Below the pieces are notes generated by a model that saw only the letters and a list, made by a program, of their open reading frames with translations, was not told the origin of the DNA and made no database searches. Position numbers and translations under genes: made by a program. From the NCBI RefSeq assembly GCF_001598795.1, contig NZ_BCZP01000016.1, forward strand, positions 60,001-92,000: DNA of 32,000 nt, in the 5' to 3' direction. Positions 1-8,742 of this stretch are shown here, in pieces. Positions within the stretch are counted from its first letter, which is position 1, and each line of letters opens with the position of its first letter. The DNA is from Delftia acidovorans NBRC 14950. GTDB lineage: Bacteria; Pseudomonadota; Gammaproteobacteria; Burkholderiales; Burkholderiaceae_C.

Positions 1-814
1 CACCGGTGGCCAGGAAGTAGATGGCCACAGGGGCCCAGATCAGGCCAGCGCCCACGGCGGGCAGCAGCGACAGGAAGGCCATCACCACGCCCCACAGCAC
101 GGGCCCCTGGATGCCCAGAATCCAGAAGATCAGCCCGCCCAGCGCGCCCTGGGCGGCCGCCACGGCCAGGTTCCCCTTGACGGTGGCACGGATCACGGTG
201 GTGAACTTGCTCGACAGCTCGGCCTTGTGGTCGGCCTGCAGCGGAATCGCCATGCGGATGCGCTGGGTCAGGTCACGGCCGTCGCGCAGCAGGAAGAACA
301 GCAGATACAGCATCACGCAAAAGCCCACCAGGAAGCCGAACGTGTTCTGGCCTATGCCCAGCGCCTTGGTGGCGGCCAGCTTGGAGGCCTGCATGGCGAT
401 GCTGGACAGCTTGTCCTGTAGCTCGGCCAGCGAGCCCAGGTGCAACCGCTCCAGCCAGGGTGTGACCCAGGAGGGCAGGGCGTCCATGATCTGTTGCAGA
501 TAGGTGCCTGCATCCAGGTTGCCGCTGTTGACGCGCTCATAGATCAACGAGGCCTCGCGCACCAGGGAGGCGCCGATCAGCGCCAGCGGCAGGATGGCCA
601 CGACCAGGCACAGCAGCAGGGTGGACAGGGCGGCGAGATTGGTGCGCCGGGGCATGCGCGCCAGCAGGCGCCGGTGCAGCGGCGAGAACAGGATGGCCAG
701 GGCGACGCCCCAGAAGATGGCCCCCATGAATTCCCAGAGCACGGCACCGAAGCCTATGGTCGCCGCGATCAGCAGCAGCATGAAAGTGCGTTTGTGTAAG
801 GGCAGCAGGTTCAT
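1..814 (-). CDS. AI-2E family transporter (PerM/UPF0118-like permease), C-terminus cut by the window edge
   Basis: Absent from the ORF track because it runs off the left edge. The reverse complement from ATG (814-812) reads MNLLPLHKRTFMLLLIAATIGFGAVLWEF...GGLIFWILGIQGPVLWGVVMAFLSLLPAVGAGLIWAPVAIYFLATG with no stop. It has several hydrophobic helices and the LLPxxG...W-x-P segment typical of AI-2E/PerM permeases. There is an alternative in-frame ATG at 781. Confidence 0.75.
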   Translation of the reverse strand, partial: MNLLPLHKRTFMLLLIAATIGFGAVLWEFMGAIFWGVALAILFSPLHRRLLARMPRRTNLAALSTLLLCLVVAILPLALIGASLVREASLIYERVNSGNLDAGTYLQQIMDALPSWVTPWLERLHLGSLAELQDKLSSIAMQASKLAATKALGIGQNTFGFLVGFCVMLYLLFFLLRDGRDLTQRIRMAIPLQADHKAELSSKFTTVIRATVKGNLAVAAAQGALGGLIFWILGIQGPVLWGVVMAFLSLLPAVGAGLIWAPVAIYFLATG

Positions 815-1045
815 CTGTCGGTCCGTTCGGAAGATGCGCCAATGTACGCGACTGCGGGAACTCCCGGAGGGTCCAGGTAATCGCTTGGTAACTGCCCTGC
901 TGCGATGTTTGAACGGTGGCACAATGGCGGTCGCAACCAGGCCCTTCCCCAGCCACAGTCGCATCCGCCAATCGGTACAGCCGTGTCGCGGAAGGTTCCA
1001 CAAACCAGCTAATGCCTCCTTCAGGGAGGCTGAGGTCAGCGCAAT

Positions 1046-3925
1046 ATGAGCGATCAGACGTCGGTCTACCAAGCCTACCAAGGCAATACCTACCTCTTCG
1101 GCGGCAATGCCCCCTACGTCGAAGAAATGTACGAGAACTACCTGGCCAACCCCGGTAGCGTGCCGGATTCCTGGCGCGAGTACTTTGATGCACTGCAACA
1201 TGTGCCCGCAGTCGACGGCACGGACTCCAAGGACGTCCCGCACCAGCCCGTCATCAACGCTTTCGCCGAGCGCGCCAAGCAAGGCGGCACCAAGGTGGTC
1301 GTGGCCTCCGGCGCCGACTCCGAGCTGGGCCGCAAGCGCACCGCCGTCCAGCAGCTGATCGCCGCCTACCGCAATGTCGGCGCACGCTGGGCCGATCTCG
1401 ATCCCCTCAAGCGCACCGAGCGCCCCGAAATTCCCGAGCTGGAGCCGTCGTTCTACGGCTTCACCGATGCCGACCAGGAAACGGTGTTCAACACGAGCAA
1501 CACCTTCTTCGGCAAGGAAAGCATGTCGCTGCGCGAGCTGATGAACGCGCTGCGCGAGACCTACTGCGGCACCCTGGGCACCGAGTACATGTATGCCACC
1601 GACCAGACGCAAAAGCGCTGGTGGCAGCAAAAGCTGGAAACCAGCCGTACCAAGCCCAGCTTTGACGCCAACCAGAAAAAGCGCATCCTCGACCGCCTGA
1701 CGGCTGCCGAAGGCCTGGAACGCTACCTGCACACCAAGTACGTCGGCCAAAAGCGCTTCTCGCTGGAAGGTGGCGAAAGCTTCATCGTCGCCATGGACGA
1801 GCTGATCAACGCTGCCGGCCAGAAGGGCGTGCAGGAAGTCGTGATCGGCATGGCCCACCGCGGCCGCCTGAACGTGCTGGTCAACACCCTGGGCAAGATG
1901 CCCAAGGACCTGTTCGCCGAGTTCGATCACACCGCTCCCGAAGATCTGCCCTCGGGCGACGTGAAGTACCACCAGGGCTTCAGCTCCGATGTGTCCACCG
2001 CTGGCGGCCCTGTCCACCTGTCGCTGGCCTTCAATCCCTCGCACCTGGAAATCGTCAACCCCGTGGTCGAAGGCTCGGTGCGCTCGCGCATGGACCGCCG
2101 CGACGACCCGCACGGCAAGCAAGTGCTGCCCGTGCTGGTGCACGGCGATGCCGCCTTTGCCGGCCAGGGCGTGAACCAGGAAACCCTGGCGCTGGCCCAG
2201 ACCCGTGGCTACACCACGGGCGGCACAGTGCACATCATCATCAACAACCAGATCGGCTTCACCACCTCCGATCCGCGCGATACCCGCTCCACGCTGTACT
2301 GCACCGACATCGTCAAGATGATCGAGTCGCCCGTGCTGCACGTGAACGGCGATGATCCGGAAGCCGTGGCACTGGCCGTGCAGCTGGCGCTGGAATTCCG
2401 CATGGAATTCTCCAAGGACGTGGTCGTGGACATCGTCTGCTTCCGCAAGCTGGGCCACAACGAGCAGGACACGCCTGCCCTGACCCAGCCGCTGATGTAC
2501 AAGAAGATCGGCGCCCACCCCGGCACCCGCAAGCTGTACGCCGACAAGCTGGCCACGCAAGGCCTGGGCGAATCGCTGGGCGACGACATGGCCAAGGCCT
2601 ACCGCGCCGCCATGGACGAAGGCCGCCACACCGTGGACCCGGTGCTGACGAACTTCAAGAGCAAGTACGCCGTGGACTGGAGCCCGTTCCTGGGCAAGAC
2701 CTGGACCGACGCAGGCGACACCGCCATCCCGCTGACCGAATGGAAGCGCCTGGCCGAACGCATCACCACCATCCCCGAGACCGTGACCCCGCACGCGCTG
2801 GTCAAGAAGGTCTATGACGACCGCGCAGCCATGGGCCGCGGCGATGTCAACGTGGACTGGGGCATGGGCGAGCACATGGCCTTCGCATCGCTGGTCGCAT
2901 CGGGCTACCCCGTGCGCCTGTCGGGCGAGGACTGCGGCCGCGGCACCTTCACCCACCGCCACTCGGTCATCCATGACCAAAAGCGTGAAAAGTGGAGCGA
3001 AGGCACCTACATCCCGCTGCAGAACGTGGCCGACAGCCAGGCTCCGTTCACCGTCATCGACTCCATCCTGTCCGAAGAGGCCGTGCTGGGCTTCGAGTAC
3101 GGCTACGCGTCGAACGATCCCAACACCCTGGTGATCTGGGAAGCCCAGTTCGGCGACTTCGCCAACGGCGCCCAGGTGGTGATCGACCAGTTCATCGCCT
3201 CCGGTGAAGTCAAGTGGGGCCGCATCAACGGCCTGACGCTGATGCTGCCGCACGGCTATGAAGGCCAGGGCCCCGAGCACAGCTCGGCACGCCTGGAGCG
3301 CTTCATGCAGCTGGCCGCCGACGCCAACATGCAGATCGTGCAGCCCACCACGGCCAGCCAGATCTTCCACGTGCTGCGTCGCCAGATGGTGCGCCCGCTG
3401 CGCAAGCCGCTGGTCATCATGACGCCCAAGTCGCTGCTGCGTAACAAGGATGCGACCTCGCCGCTGTCCGAATTCACCAGCGGTGGTTTCCAGACCGTGA
3501 TCCCCGAGCAGGACGAAGCCGTCGTGAAGAACGCGGCCAAGGTCAAGCGCGTGATCGCATGCTCGGGCAAGGTCTACTACGACCTGGTCAAGAAGCGCGC
3601 CGAGAAGGAAAGCAAGGACGTCGCCATCATCCGCGTCGAACAGCTGTACCCCTTCCCGCACAAGGCCTTCGCCGCTGAACTCAAGAAGTTCGGCAACGCC
3701 ACCGAGATCGTCTGGTGCCAGGACGAGCCGCAGAACCAGGGCGCCTGGTTCTTCGTGCAGCACTACATCCACGAGAACATGCTCGATGGCCAGAAGCTGG
3801 GCTACTCCGGCCGCGCTGCCTCGGCATCGCCCGCCGTGGGTTACGCACACCTGCACCAGGAGCAGCAAAAGGCCCTGGTGGAAGGCGCGTTCTCCAAGCT
3901 CAAGGGTTTTGTCCTGAACAAGTAA
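1046..3925 (+). CDS. sucA: 2-oxoglutarate dehydrogenase E1 component
   Basis: 959-aa ORF. ThDP-binding signature HGDAAFAGQGV...IINNQIGFTT, plus the overall E1o pattern (YRNVGARWADLDPL, SLAFNPSHLE, WEAQFGDFANGAQ, LLPHGYEGQGPEHSS). GAGG lies about 10 nt upstream of the ATG. Confidence 0.97.
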   Translation: MSDQTSVYQAYQGNTYLFGGNAPYVEEMYENYLANPGSVPDSWREYFDALQHVPAVDGTDSKDVPHQPVINAFAERAKQGGTKVVVASGADSELGRKRTAVQQLIAAYRNVGARWADLDPLKRTERPEIPELEPSFYGFTDADQETVFNTSNTFFGKESMSLRELMNALRETYCGTLGTEYMYATDQTQKRWWQQKLETSRTKPSFDANQKKRILDRLTAAEGLERYLHTKYVGQKRFSLEGGESFIVAMDELINAAGQKGVQEVVIGMAHRGRLNVLVNTLGKMPKDLFAEFDHTAPEDLPSGDVKYHQGFSSDVSTAGGPVHLSLAFNPSHLEIVNPVVEGSVRSRMDRRDDPHGKQVLPVLVHGDAAFAGQGVNQETLALAQTRGYTTGGTVHIIINNQIGFTTSDPRDTRSTLYCTDIVKMIESPVLHVNGDDPEAVALAVQLALEFRMEFSKDVVVDIVCFRKLGHNEQDTPALTQPLMYKKIGAHPGTRKLYADKLATQGLGESLGDDMAKAYRAAMDEGRHTVDPVLTNFKSKYAVDWSPFLGKTWTDAGDTAIPLTEWKRLAERITTIPETVTPHALVKKVYDDRAAMGRGDVNVDWGMGEHMAFASLVASGYPVRLSGEDCGRGTFTHRHSVIHDQKREKWSEGTYIPLQNVADSQAPFTVIDSILSEEAVLGFEYGYASNDPNTLVIWEAQFGDFANGAQVVIDQFIASGEVKWGRINGLTLMLPHGYEGQGPEHSSARLERFMQLAADANMQIVQPTTASQIFHVLRRQMVRPLRKPLVIMTPKSLLRNKDATSPLSEFTSGGFQTVIPEQDEAVVKNAAKVKRVIACSGKVYYDLVKKRAEKESKDVAIIRVEQLYPFPHKAFAAELKKFGNATEIVWCQDEPQNQGAWFFVQHYIHENMLDGQKLGYSGRAASASPAVGYAHLHQEQQKALVEGAFSKLKGFVLNK

Positions 3926-3979
3926 GGCAGCCCCCACCCGCTACGTATCAGTACAGAACACTTTTGGAAAGAATCACAA

Positions 3980-5245
3980 ATGGCTATCGTTGAAGTCAAA
4001 GTTCCCCAGCTGTCCGAGTCCATCGCTGAGGCCACCATGCTGACCTGGAAGAAGAAGGCCGGCGAAGCGGTTGCAATCGATGAGATCCTCATCGAAATCG
4101 AAACCGACAAGGTCGTGCTCGAAGTGCCCGCACCCGCCGCTGGCGTGCTGGCCGAGATCGTGCAAGGTGACGGCGCCACCGTGGTGGCCGAGCAGCTGAT
4201 CGCCAAGATCGACACCGAAGGCGTGGCCGGCGTGGCCGCTGCCGCTCCTGCCGCAGCCGCCGCTCCCGCTGCCGCAGCGCCTGCTGCTGCTCCCGCCGCT
4301 GCTGCTGCCACTGGCGGCAGCAAGGGCGATGTCGCCATGCCCGCCGCTGCCAAGCTGCTGGCCGAGAACAACCTGTCGGCCGCCAACGTGGCTGGCTCCG
4401 GCAAGGATGGCCGCGTGACCAAGGGCGACGCCCTGGCGGCCGTCAAGGGCGGCGTGCAGTCCACGGCTGCCGTCATCCCCACCGGCGTGCCCACCAAGGC
4501 GCTGCCCCAGGTGTCGGCTCCCGCTGCCAAGGAAGACCTCAGCGGCCGTCCCGAGCAGCGCGTGCCCATGAGCCGCCTGCGTGCCCGCGTGGCCGAGCGC
4601 CTGCTGCAGTCGCAGTCCACCAACGCCATCCTGACCACGTTCAACGAAGTCAACATGGCCCCGGTGATGGATCTGCGCAAGAAGTTCCAGGACGCCTTCA
4701 CCAAGGAACACGGCACCAAGCTGGGCTTCATGTCCTTCTTCGTCAAGGCGGCAGTGCACGCCCTGAAGAAGTACCCCGTGCTCAATGCTTCCGTGGACGG
4801 CAACGACATCGTCTACCACGGCTACTTCGACATCGGTATCGCCGTGGGTTCGCCCCGTGGCCTGGTGGTGCCCATCCTGCGCAATGCAGACCAGATGAGC
4901 TTCGCCGACATCGAAAAGAAGATTGCCGAATTCGGCAAGAAGGCGGCGGACGGCAAGCTGGGCATTGAAGACATGACCGGCGGCACCTTCTCCATCTCCA
5001 ACGGCGGCACCTTCGGCTCGATGATGTCCACCCCCATCATCAACCCGCCCCAGTCGGCCATCCTGGGCGTGCACGCCACCAAGGACCGCGCCATGGTCGA
5101 GAACGGCCAGGTCGTGGTCCGCCCGATGAACTATCTGGCCATGTCCTATGACCACCGCATCATCGACGGCCGCGAAGCCGTGCTGGGCCTGGTGGCCATG
5201 AAGGACGCGCTGGAAGATCCTTCGCGCCTGCTGTTCGACCTGTAA
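3980..5245 (+). CDS. sucB: Dihydrolipoyllysine-residue succinyltransferase (E2o)
   Basis: Lipoyl domain with [15 protein letters not shown], an Ala/Pro-rich linker, a peripheral subunit-binding domain ([14 protein letters not shown]) and the catalytic motif [12 protein letters not shown]. Directly follows sucA. Confidence 0.97.
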   Translation: MAIVEVKVPQLSESIAEATMLTWKKKAGEAVAIDEILIEIETDKVVLEVPAPAAGVLAEIVQGDGATVVAEQLIAKIDTEGVAGVAAAAPAAAAAPAAAAPAAAPAAAAATGGSKGDVAMPAAAKLLAENNLSAANVAGSGKDGRVTKGDALAAVKGGVQSTAAVIPTGVPTKALPQVSAPAAKEDLSGRPEQRVPMSRLRARVAERLLQSQSTNAILTTFNEVNMAPVMDLRKKFQDAFTKEHGTKLGFMSFFVKAAVHALKKYPVLNASVDGNDIVYHGYFDIGIAVGSPRGLVVPILRNADQMSFADIEKKIAEFGKKAADGKLGIEDMTGGTFSISNGGTFGSMMSTPIINPPQSAILGVHATKDRAMVENGQVVVRPMNYLAMSYDHRIIDGREAVLGLVAMKDALEDPSRLLFDL

Positions 5246-5267
5246 TTCCACAGGGTTCGACACGACG

Positions 5268-5307
5268 AAAACCCACCCTTGGCCGCGTGCCCTGCGGTGG
5301 GTTTTTT
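5268..5307 (+). terminator. Intrinsic-terminator-like hairpin between sucB and lpdA (possible intra-operon attenuator)
   Basis: AAAACCCACC (5268-5277) pairs with GGTGGGTTTT (5296-5305). An inner GGC/GCC helix sits in the loop. The stem is followed by a run of 6 T (5302-5307). Confidence 0.5.
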
Positions 5308-5335
5308 CATGCATCACAGACAAGAGATTCCTGAA

Positions 5336-6763
5336 ATGAGCAAGCAATTCGACGTCATCGTCATCGGCGCGGGCCCTGGCGGCTACATCGCCGCCATCCG
5401 TGCCGCACAACTGGGCTTCAACGTGGCCTGTATCGACGAGTGGAAGAACGCCGCTGGCGGCGCCGCTCCGGGCGGCACCTGCACCAACGTGGGCTGCATT
5501 CCCTCCAAGGCCCTGCTGCAGTCGTCCGAGCACTTCGAGCACGCCAATCTGCACTTTGCCGACCATGGCATCTCCACCGGCAAGGTCGAGATGGACGTGG
5601 CCAAGATGATCGCCCGCAAGGATGCGGTCGTGAAGCAGAACAACGACGGCATCCTGTACCTGTTCAAGAAGAACAAGGTCACCTTCTTCCACGGCCGTGG
5701 CTCGTTCGTCAAGGCGGTCGAGGGCGGCTACCAGATCAAGGTTGCCGGCAAGGAAGAGGAAGTGCTGACGGGCAAGCAGATCGTGGTCGCCACGGGCTCC
5801 AGCGCCCGCGCGCTGCCCGGCGTGCCCTTCGATGAAGAGAACATCCTGTCCAACGACGGCGCCCTGCGCCTGGGCAAGGCCCCCAAGAAGCTGGCCCTGA
5901 TCGGCGCTGGCGTGATCGGCCTGGAAATGGGCTCGGTCTGGCGCCGCCTGGGCACGGAAGTGGTCGTGCTCGAAGGCATGGACAAGTTCCTGTCCGCCGT
6001 GGACGAGCAGATCGCCAAGGAAGCCAAGAAGGCGTTCGACAAGCAGGGTCTGAAGATCGAGCTGGGCGTGAAGATCGGCGAAATCAAGAGCGGCAAGAAG
6101 GGCGTGTCCATCGCCTACACCAACGCCAAGGGTGAAGCCCAGGCGCTGGAGGCCGACAAGCTGATCATCTCCATCGGCCGCACCGCCAACACGGCCGGCC
6201 TCAATGCCGAGGCCGTGGGCCTGGCTCTGGACGAGCGCGGCTGCGTCGTGGTCGATGACGACTGCAAGACCAGCCTGCCCGGCGTTTGGGCCGTGGGCGA
6301 CGTGGTGCGCGGCCCGATGCTGGCGCACAAGGCCGAGGAAGAGGCCGTGGCCGTGGCCGAGCGCATTGCCGGCCAGCATGGCCATGTGAACTTCGGCACC
6401 ATTCCCTGGGTGATCTACACCAGCCCCGAAATCGCATGGGTGGGCCGCACCGAGCAGCAACTGAAGGAGCAGGGCGTCAAGTACAAGGCTGGCACCTTCC
6501 CCTTCCTGGCCAACGGCCGCGCGCGCGCCCTGGGTGATACCACGGGCATGGTCAAGTTCCTGGCCGATGCCGAGACCGACGAAATCCTGGGCGTGCACAT
6601 GGTCGGCCCCATGGTCTCGGAGCTGATCTCCGAAGCCGTGGTCGCCATGGAGTTCAAGGCATCGAGCGAAGACATCGCCCGCATCTGCCACGCCCACCCC
6701 TCGCTGTCCGAGGCCACCAAGGAAGCGGCACTGGCCGTCGACAAGCGCACTCTGAATTTCTGA
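5336..6763 (+). CDS. lpdA: Dihydrolipoyl dehydrogenase (E3)
   Basis: MSKQFDVIVIGAGPGGY (FAD GxGxxG), redox-active disulfide GGTCTNVGCIPSK, NAD site LIGAGVIGLE, and C-terminal HAHPSLSE. The start is trimmed from the track value (5279) to ATG 5336, because 5279-5335 contains the terminator hairpin. Confidence 0.96.
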   Translation: MSKQFDVIVIGAGPGGYIAAIRAAQLGFNVACIDEWKNAAGGAAPGGTCTNVGCIPSKALLQSSEHFEHANLHFADHGISTGKVEMDVAKMIARKDAVVKQNNDGILYLFKKNKVTFFHGRGSFVKAVEGGYQIKVAGKEEEVLTGKQIVVATGSSARALPGVPFDEENILSNDGALRLGKAPKKLALIGAGVIGLEMGSVWRRLGTEVVVLEGMDKFLSAVDEQIAKEAKKAFDKQGLKIELGVKIGEIKSGKKGVSIAYTNAKGEAQALEADKLIISIGRTANTAGLNAEAVGLALDERGCVVVDDDCKTSLPGVWAVGDVVRGPMLAHKAEEEAVAVAERIAGQHGHVNFGTIPWVIYTSPEIAWVGRTEQQLKEQGVKYKAGTFPFLANGRARALGDTTGMVKFLADAETDEILGVHMVGPMVSELISEAVVAMEFKASSEDIARICHAHPSLSEATKEAALAVDKRTLNF

Positions 6764-6800
6764 GTGCCAGGCTAGCCATCTAGCCCAAGTCAAAGACCTG

Positions 6801-6826
6801 AAAGCGCTTGCCTTGCAAGCGTTTTC
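6801..6826 (+). terminator. Rho-independent terminator downstream of lpdA
   Basis: AAAGCGCTTGC / GCAAGCGTTTT inverted repeat with a 3-5 nt loop, followed by a T-run. It lies 38 nt after the lpdA stop. Confidence 0.6.
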
Positions 6827-6860
6827 AGCTTCTGAATACATAGCGAATGGTTGATGCTGC

Positions 6861-7964
6861 ATGAGCGTTTCAGTGCGAGAGGCCTACGAGGCCGAACTGG
6901 TAGCCAAGGGCTTTCACAGTGATCCTGCGCAGTTGCGCGCCGTCGAGGCGCTGCAGCGCTGTGCCGACGACTGGGCGGTCTACCGCCAGCGCCGCTCCAA
7001 CGCCTTCAAGAAGCTCATCAACCATCCCGAGATTCCCCGCGGCGTCTACATGTACGGCGGGGTGGGGCGCGGCAAGAGCTTTCTCATGGACTGCTTCTTC
7101 AACGCCGTGCCGCTCAGGCGCAAGGTGCGCCTGCATTTCCACGAATTCATGCGCGAGGTCCACCGCGAGCTCGCCGTGCTGCAGGGCACGCAGAACCCGC
7201 TGGACGTGCTGGGTGCCCGCATCTCCAAGAAGTACAAGCTGATCTGCTTCGACGAATTCCACGTCGCCGACATCACGGACGCGATGATCCTGCACCGGCT
7301 GCTGGTCTCGCTGTTTGCCAACGGCGTGGGCTTTGTCACCACCTCCAACTTCAAGCCCGACGAGCTGTACCCGGGCGGCCTGCACCGCGACCGCATCCTG
7401 CCGGCCATCGACCTGCTCAACGAGCGCATGGAAGTCGTCAACGTGGACAACGGCACGGACTACCGCCGCCGCACGCTGGAAAACGCCCGGCTCTATCACA
7501 CGCCCCTGGGTGCAGAGGCCGATGCGGCCATGACCGAAACCTTCGACAAGCTGGCCGAAGTCAAGGACGAAGACCCCGTGCTGCACATCGAGGCGCGCGA
7601 GATCCGTGCGCGCCGCCGCGCCGGTGGCGTGGTCTGGTTCGACTTCCGCGAGCTGTGCGGCGGCCCGCGCTCGCAGAACGACTACCTGGAGATCGCGAGC
7701 CAGTTCCACACCGTGCTGCTGTCCGACGTGCCCTATATGCCGGTCAACATGGCATCGCCCGCGCGGCGCTTCACCTGGCTGGTGGACGTGTTGTACGACC
7801 GCAGGGTCAAGCTGGTCATCTCGGCCGCCGTGCCGCCCGAGCAGCTTTACACTGAGGGCCCGCTGGCCCATGAGTTCCCCCGTACCGTATCGCGCCTGAA
7901 CGAGATGCAGTCCAAGGAATTCCTGGCGCTGGAGCGCCGTGTGGTGGACACCAGCCTGACCTGA
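6861..7964 (+). CDS. zapE: AFG1-like ATPase / cell division protein ZapE
   Basis: 367 aa. Walker A GGVGRGKSFLMD and Walker B LICFDEFHV. Its position after lpdA is, as far as I recall, common in Burkholderiales. Confidence 0.88.
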   Translation: MSVSVREAYEAELVAKGFHSDPAQLRAVEALQRCADDWAVYRQRRSNAFKKLINHPEIPRGVYMYGGVGRGKSFLMDCFFNAVPLRRKVRLHFHEFMREVHRELAVLQGTQNPLDVLGARISKKYKLICFDEFHVADITDAMILHRLLVSLFANGVGFVTTSNFKPDELYPGGLHRDRILPAIDLLNERMEVVNVDNGTDYRRRTLENARLYHTPLGAEADAAMTETFDKLAEVKDEDPVLHIEAREIRARRRAGGVVWFDFRELCGGPRSQNDYLEIASQFHTVLLSDVPYMPVNMASPARRFTWLVDVLYDRRVKLVISAAVPPEQLYTEGPLAHEFPRTVSRLNEMQSKEFLALERRVVDTSLT

Positions 7965-8004
7965 GGCCGGTCCCGGCCGCTGGCGTCGTTTGCCGGACCT
8001 GTAC

Positions 8005-8733
8005 ATGTTGAAACTGCCTACCTCTGCTTTCGCCCTTGTGAAGAAACTGCCCGTTCCCCTGGGCGCTGCGCTGGCCTGCCTTGTGCTGGCCGGCCCGGCG
8101 ATGGCTGCGGAGGCTGGCGCGGATAGCGATGCCGATGCGCGGCAGGAACGCGCCCAGGTTGCAAAGCAGGTCCAGGCCGAGCGCAAGGCCGCACGCGCCG
8201 AGATCGCGGCCCAGCGTGCCGTCATCGACAGGCGGCGCACGGCCCTGGAGTCCGAGTGCTACCAGCGCTTTGCCGTGGAAGACTGCCTCAGGCAGGCGCG
8301 CGAAGAGGCCCGTGAGCAGGACAAGCCGCTGCGCGAACGCGAGCTGCAGATCAACGACGAGGAGCGCAAGGAGCGCGCCGCCCAGCGCCTTGAGGATATC
8401 GAGGCCAAGAAGGCCCAGAAGGCCGCCTCGTCCATGCAAGCCAAGGAGCGGCCACCGGCCGCCCAGCGCGACACCCAGGCCCTCAGGGCCCAGCGTGCCC
8501 AGGACGCACAGCAGCGTGCAGCCCAGCAGGCCAGCCACCAGCGTGATCGCCAGGCGCAGATCGAGCAGCGCCAGTCTGCGCAGGAGCAGGAGCGGCGAAC
8601 TGCCGCCCGCGCCCAGTTCGAGGCCAAGCAAAAAGAGGCTGCCGAGCGCAAGGCCCGCGCCGCCGATGCCGCCCGTGATCGCGGCCCGCAGGCAGCGCCC
8701 CTGCCTGCGCCTCCCGCGCCTGCGGCGCCCTGA
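8005..8733 (+). CDS. Hypothetical secreted protein, charged A/Q/R/E-rich predicted coiled coil with a Pro-rich tail
   Basis: High GC3 in this frame. ATG at 8005 gives MLKLPTSAFALVKKLPVPLGAALACLVLAGPAMA-AE, a signal peptide with an AxA site. It has two Cys (ECYQRFAVEDC), long Q/R/A/E helical low-complexity sequence, and the C-terminus PLPAPPAPAAP. I recognise no family. Confidence 0.6.
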   Translation: MLKLPTSAFALVKKLPVPLGAALACLVLAGPAMAAEAGADSDADARQERAQVAKQVQAERKAARAEIAAQRAVIDRRRTALESECYQRFAVEDCLRQAREEAREQDKPLRERELQINDEERKERAAQRLEDIEAKKAQKAASSMQAKERPPAAQRDTQALRAQRAQDAQQRAAQQASHQRDRQAQIEQRQSAQEQERRTAARAQFEAKQKEAAERKARAADAARDRGPQAAPLPAPPAPAAP

Positions 8734-8742
8734 GTTCGGTGG

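Noticed and set aside
917-935. TGGCAC...TCGCA resembling a sigma-54 -24/-12 promoter upstream of sucA.
   Set aside because: The spacing between the GG and GC elements does not fit the TGGCAC-N5-TTGC consensus, and no enhancer-binding protein context is present.
4221-4320. GCC/GCT/CCC-rich repetitive DNA in sucB encoding [24 protein letters not shown].
   Set aside because: This is the normal Ala/Pro-rich flexible linker between the lipoyl and subunit-binding domains of E2 proteins, not an anomalous repeat.
5251-5262. GGTTCGA T-loop-like motif after the sucB stop (possible tRNA fragment).
   Set aside because: No acceptor, D or anticodon arms can be drawn around it, and the upstream sequence is the sucB coding region.
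3974-6862. 962-aa ORF antisense to sucB and lpdA. Similar giants: 12521..15985 (-), 6870..8240 (-), 9467..11251 (-), 17037..18662 (-), 20884..22275 (-), 28939..30339 (-), 30210..31814 (-).
   Set aside because: These are shadow ORFs typical of high-GC genomes, where stop codons are rare antisense to GC3-rich genes. Their translations are Arg/Gly/Ala/His-rich low-complexity sequence with no motifs. The sense strand encodes unmistakable conserved proteins.
7965-7979. GGCCGG-TC-CCGGCC palindrome right after the zapE stop, as a possible terminator.
   Set aside because: The loop is too small and no real T-tract follows (only CGTTTG). The evidence is insufficient to call it.
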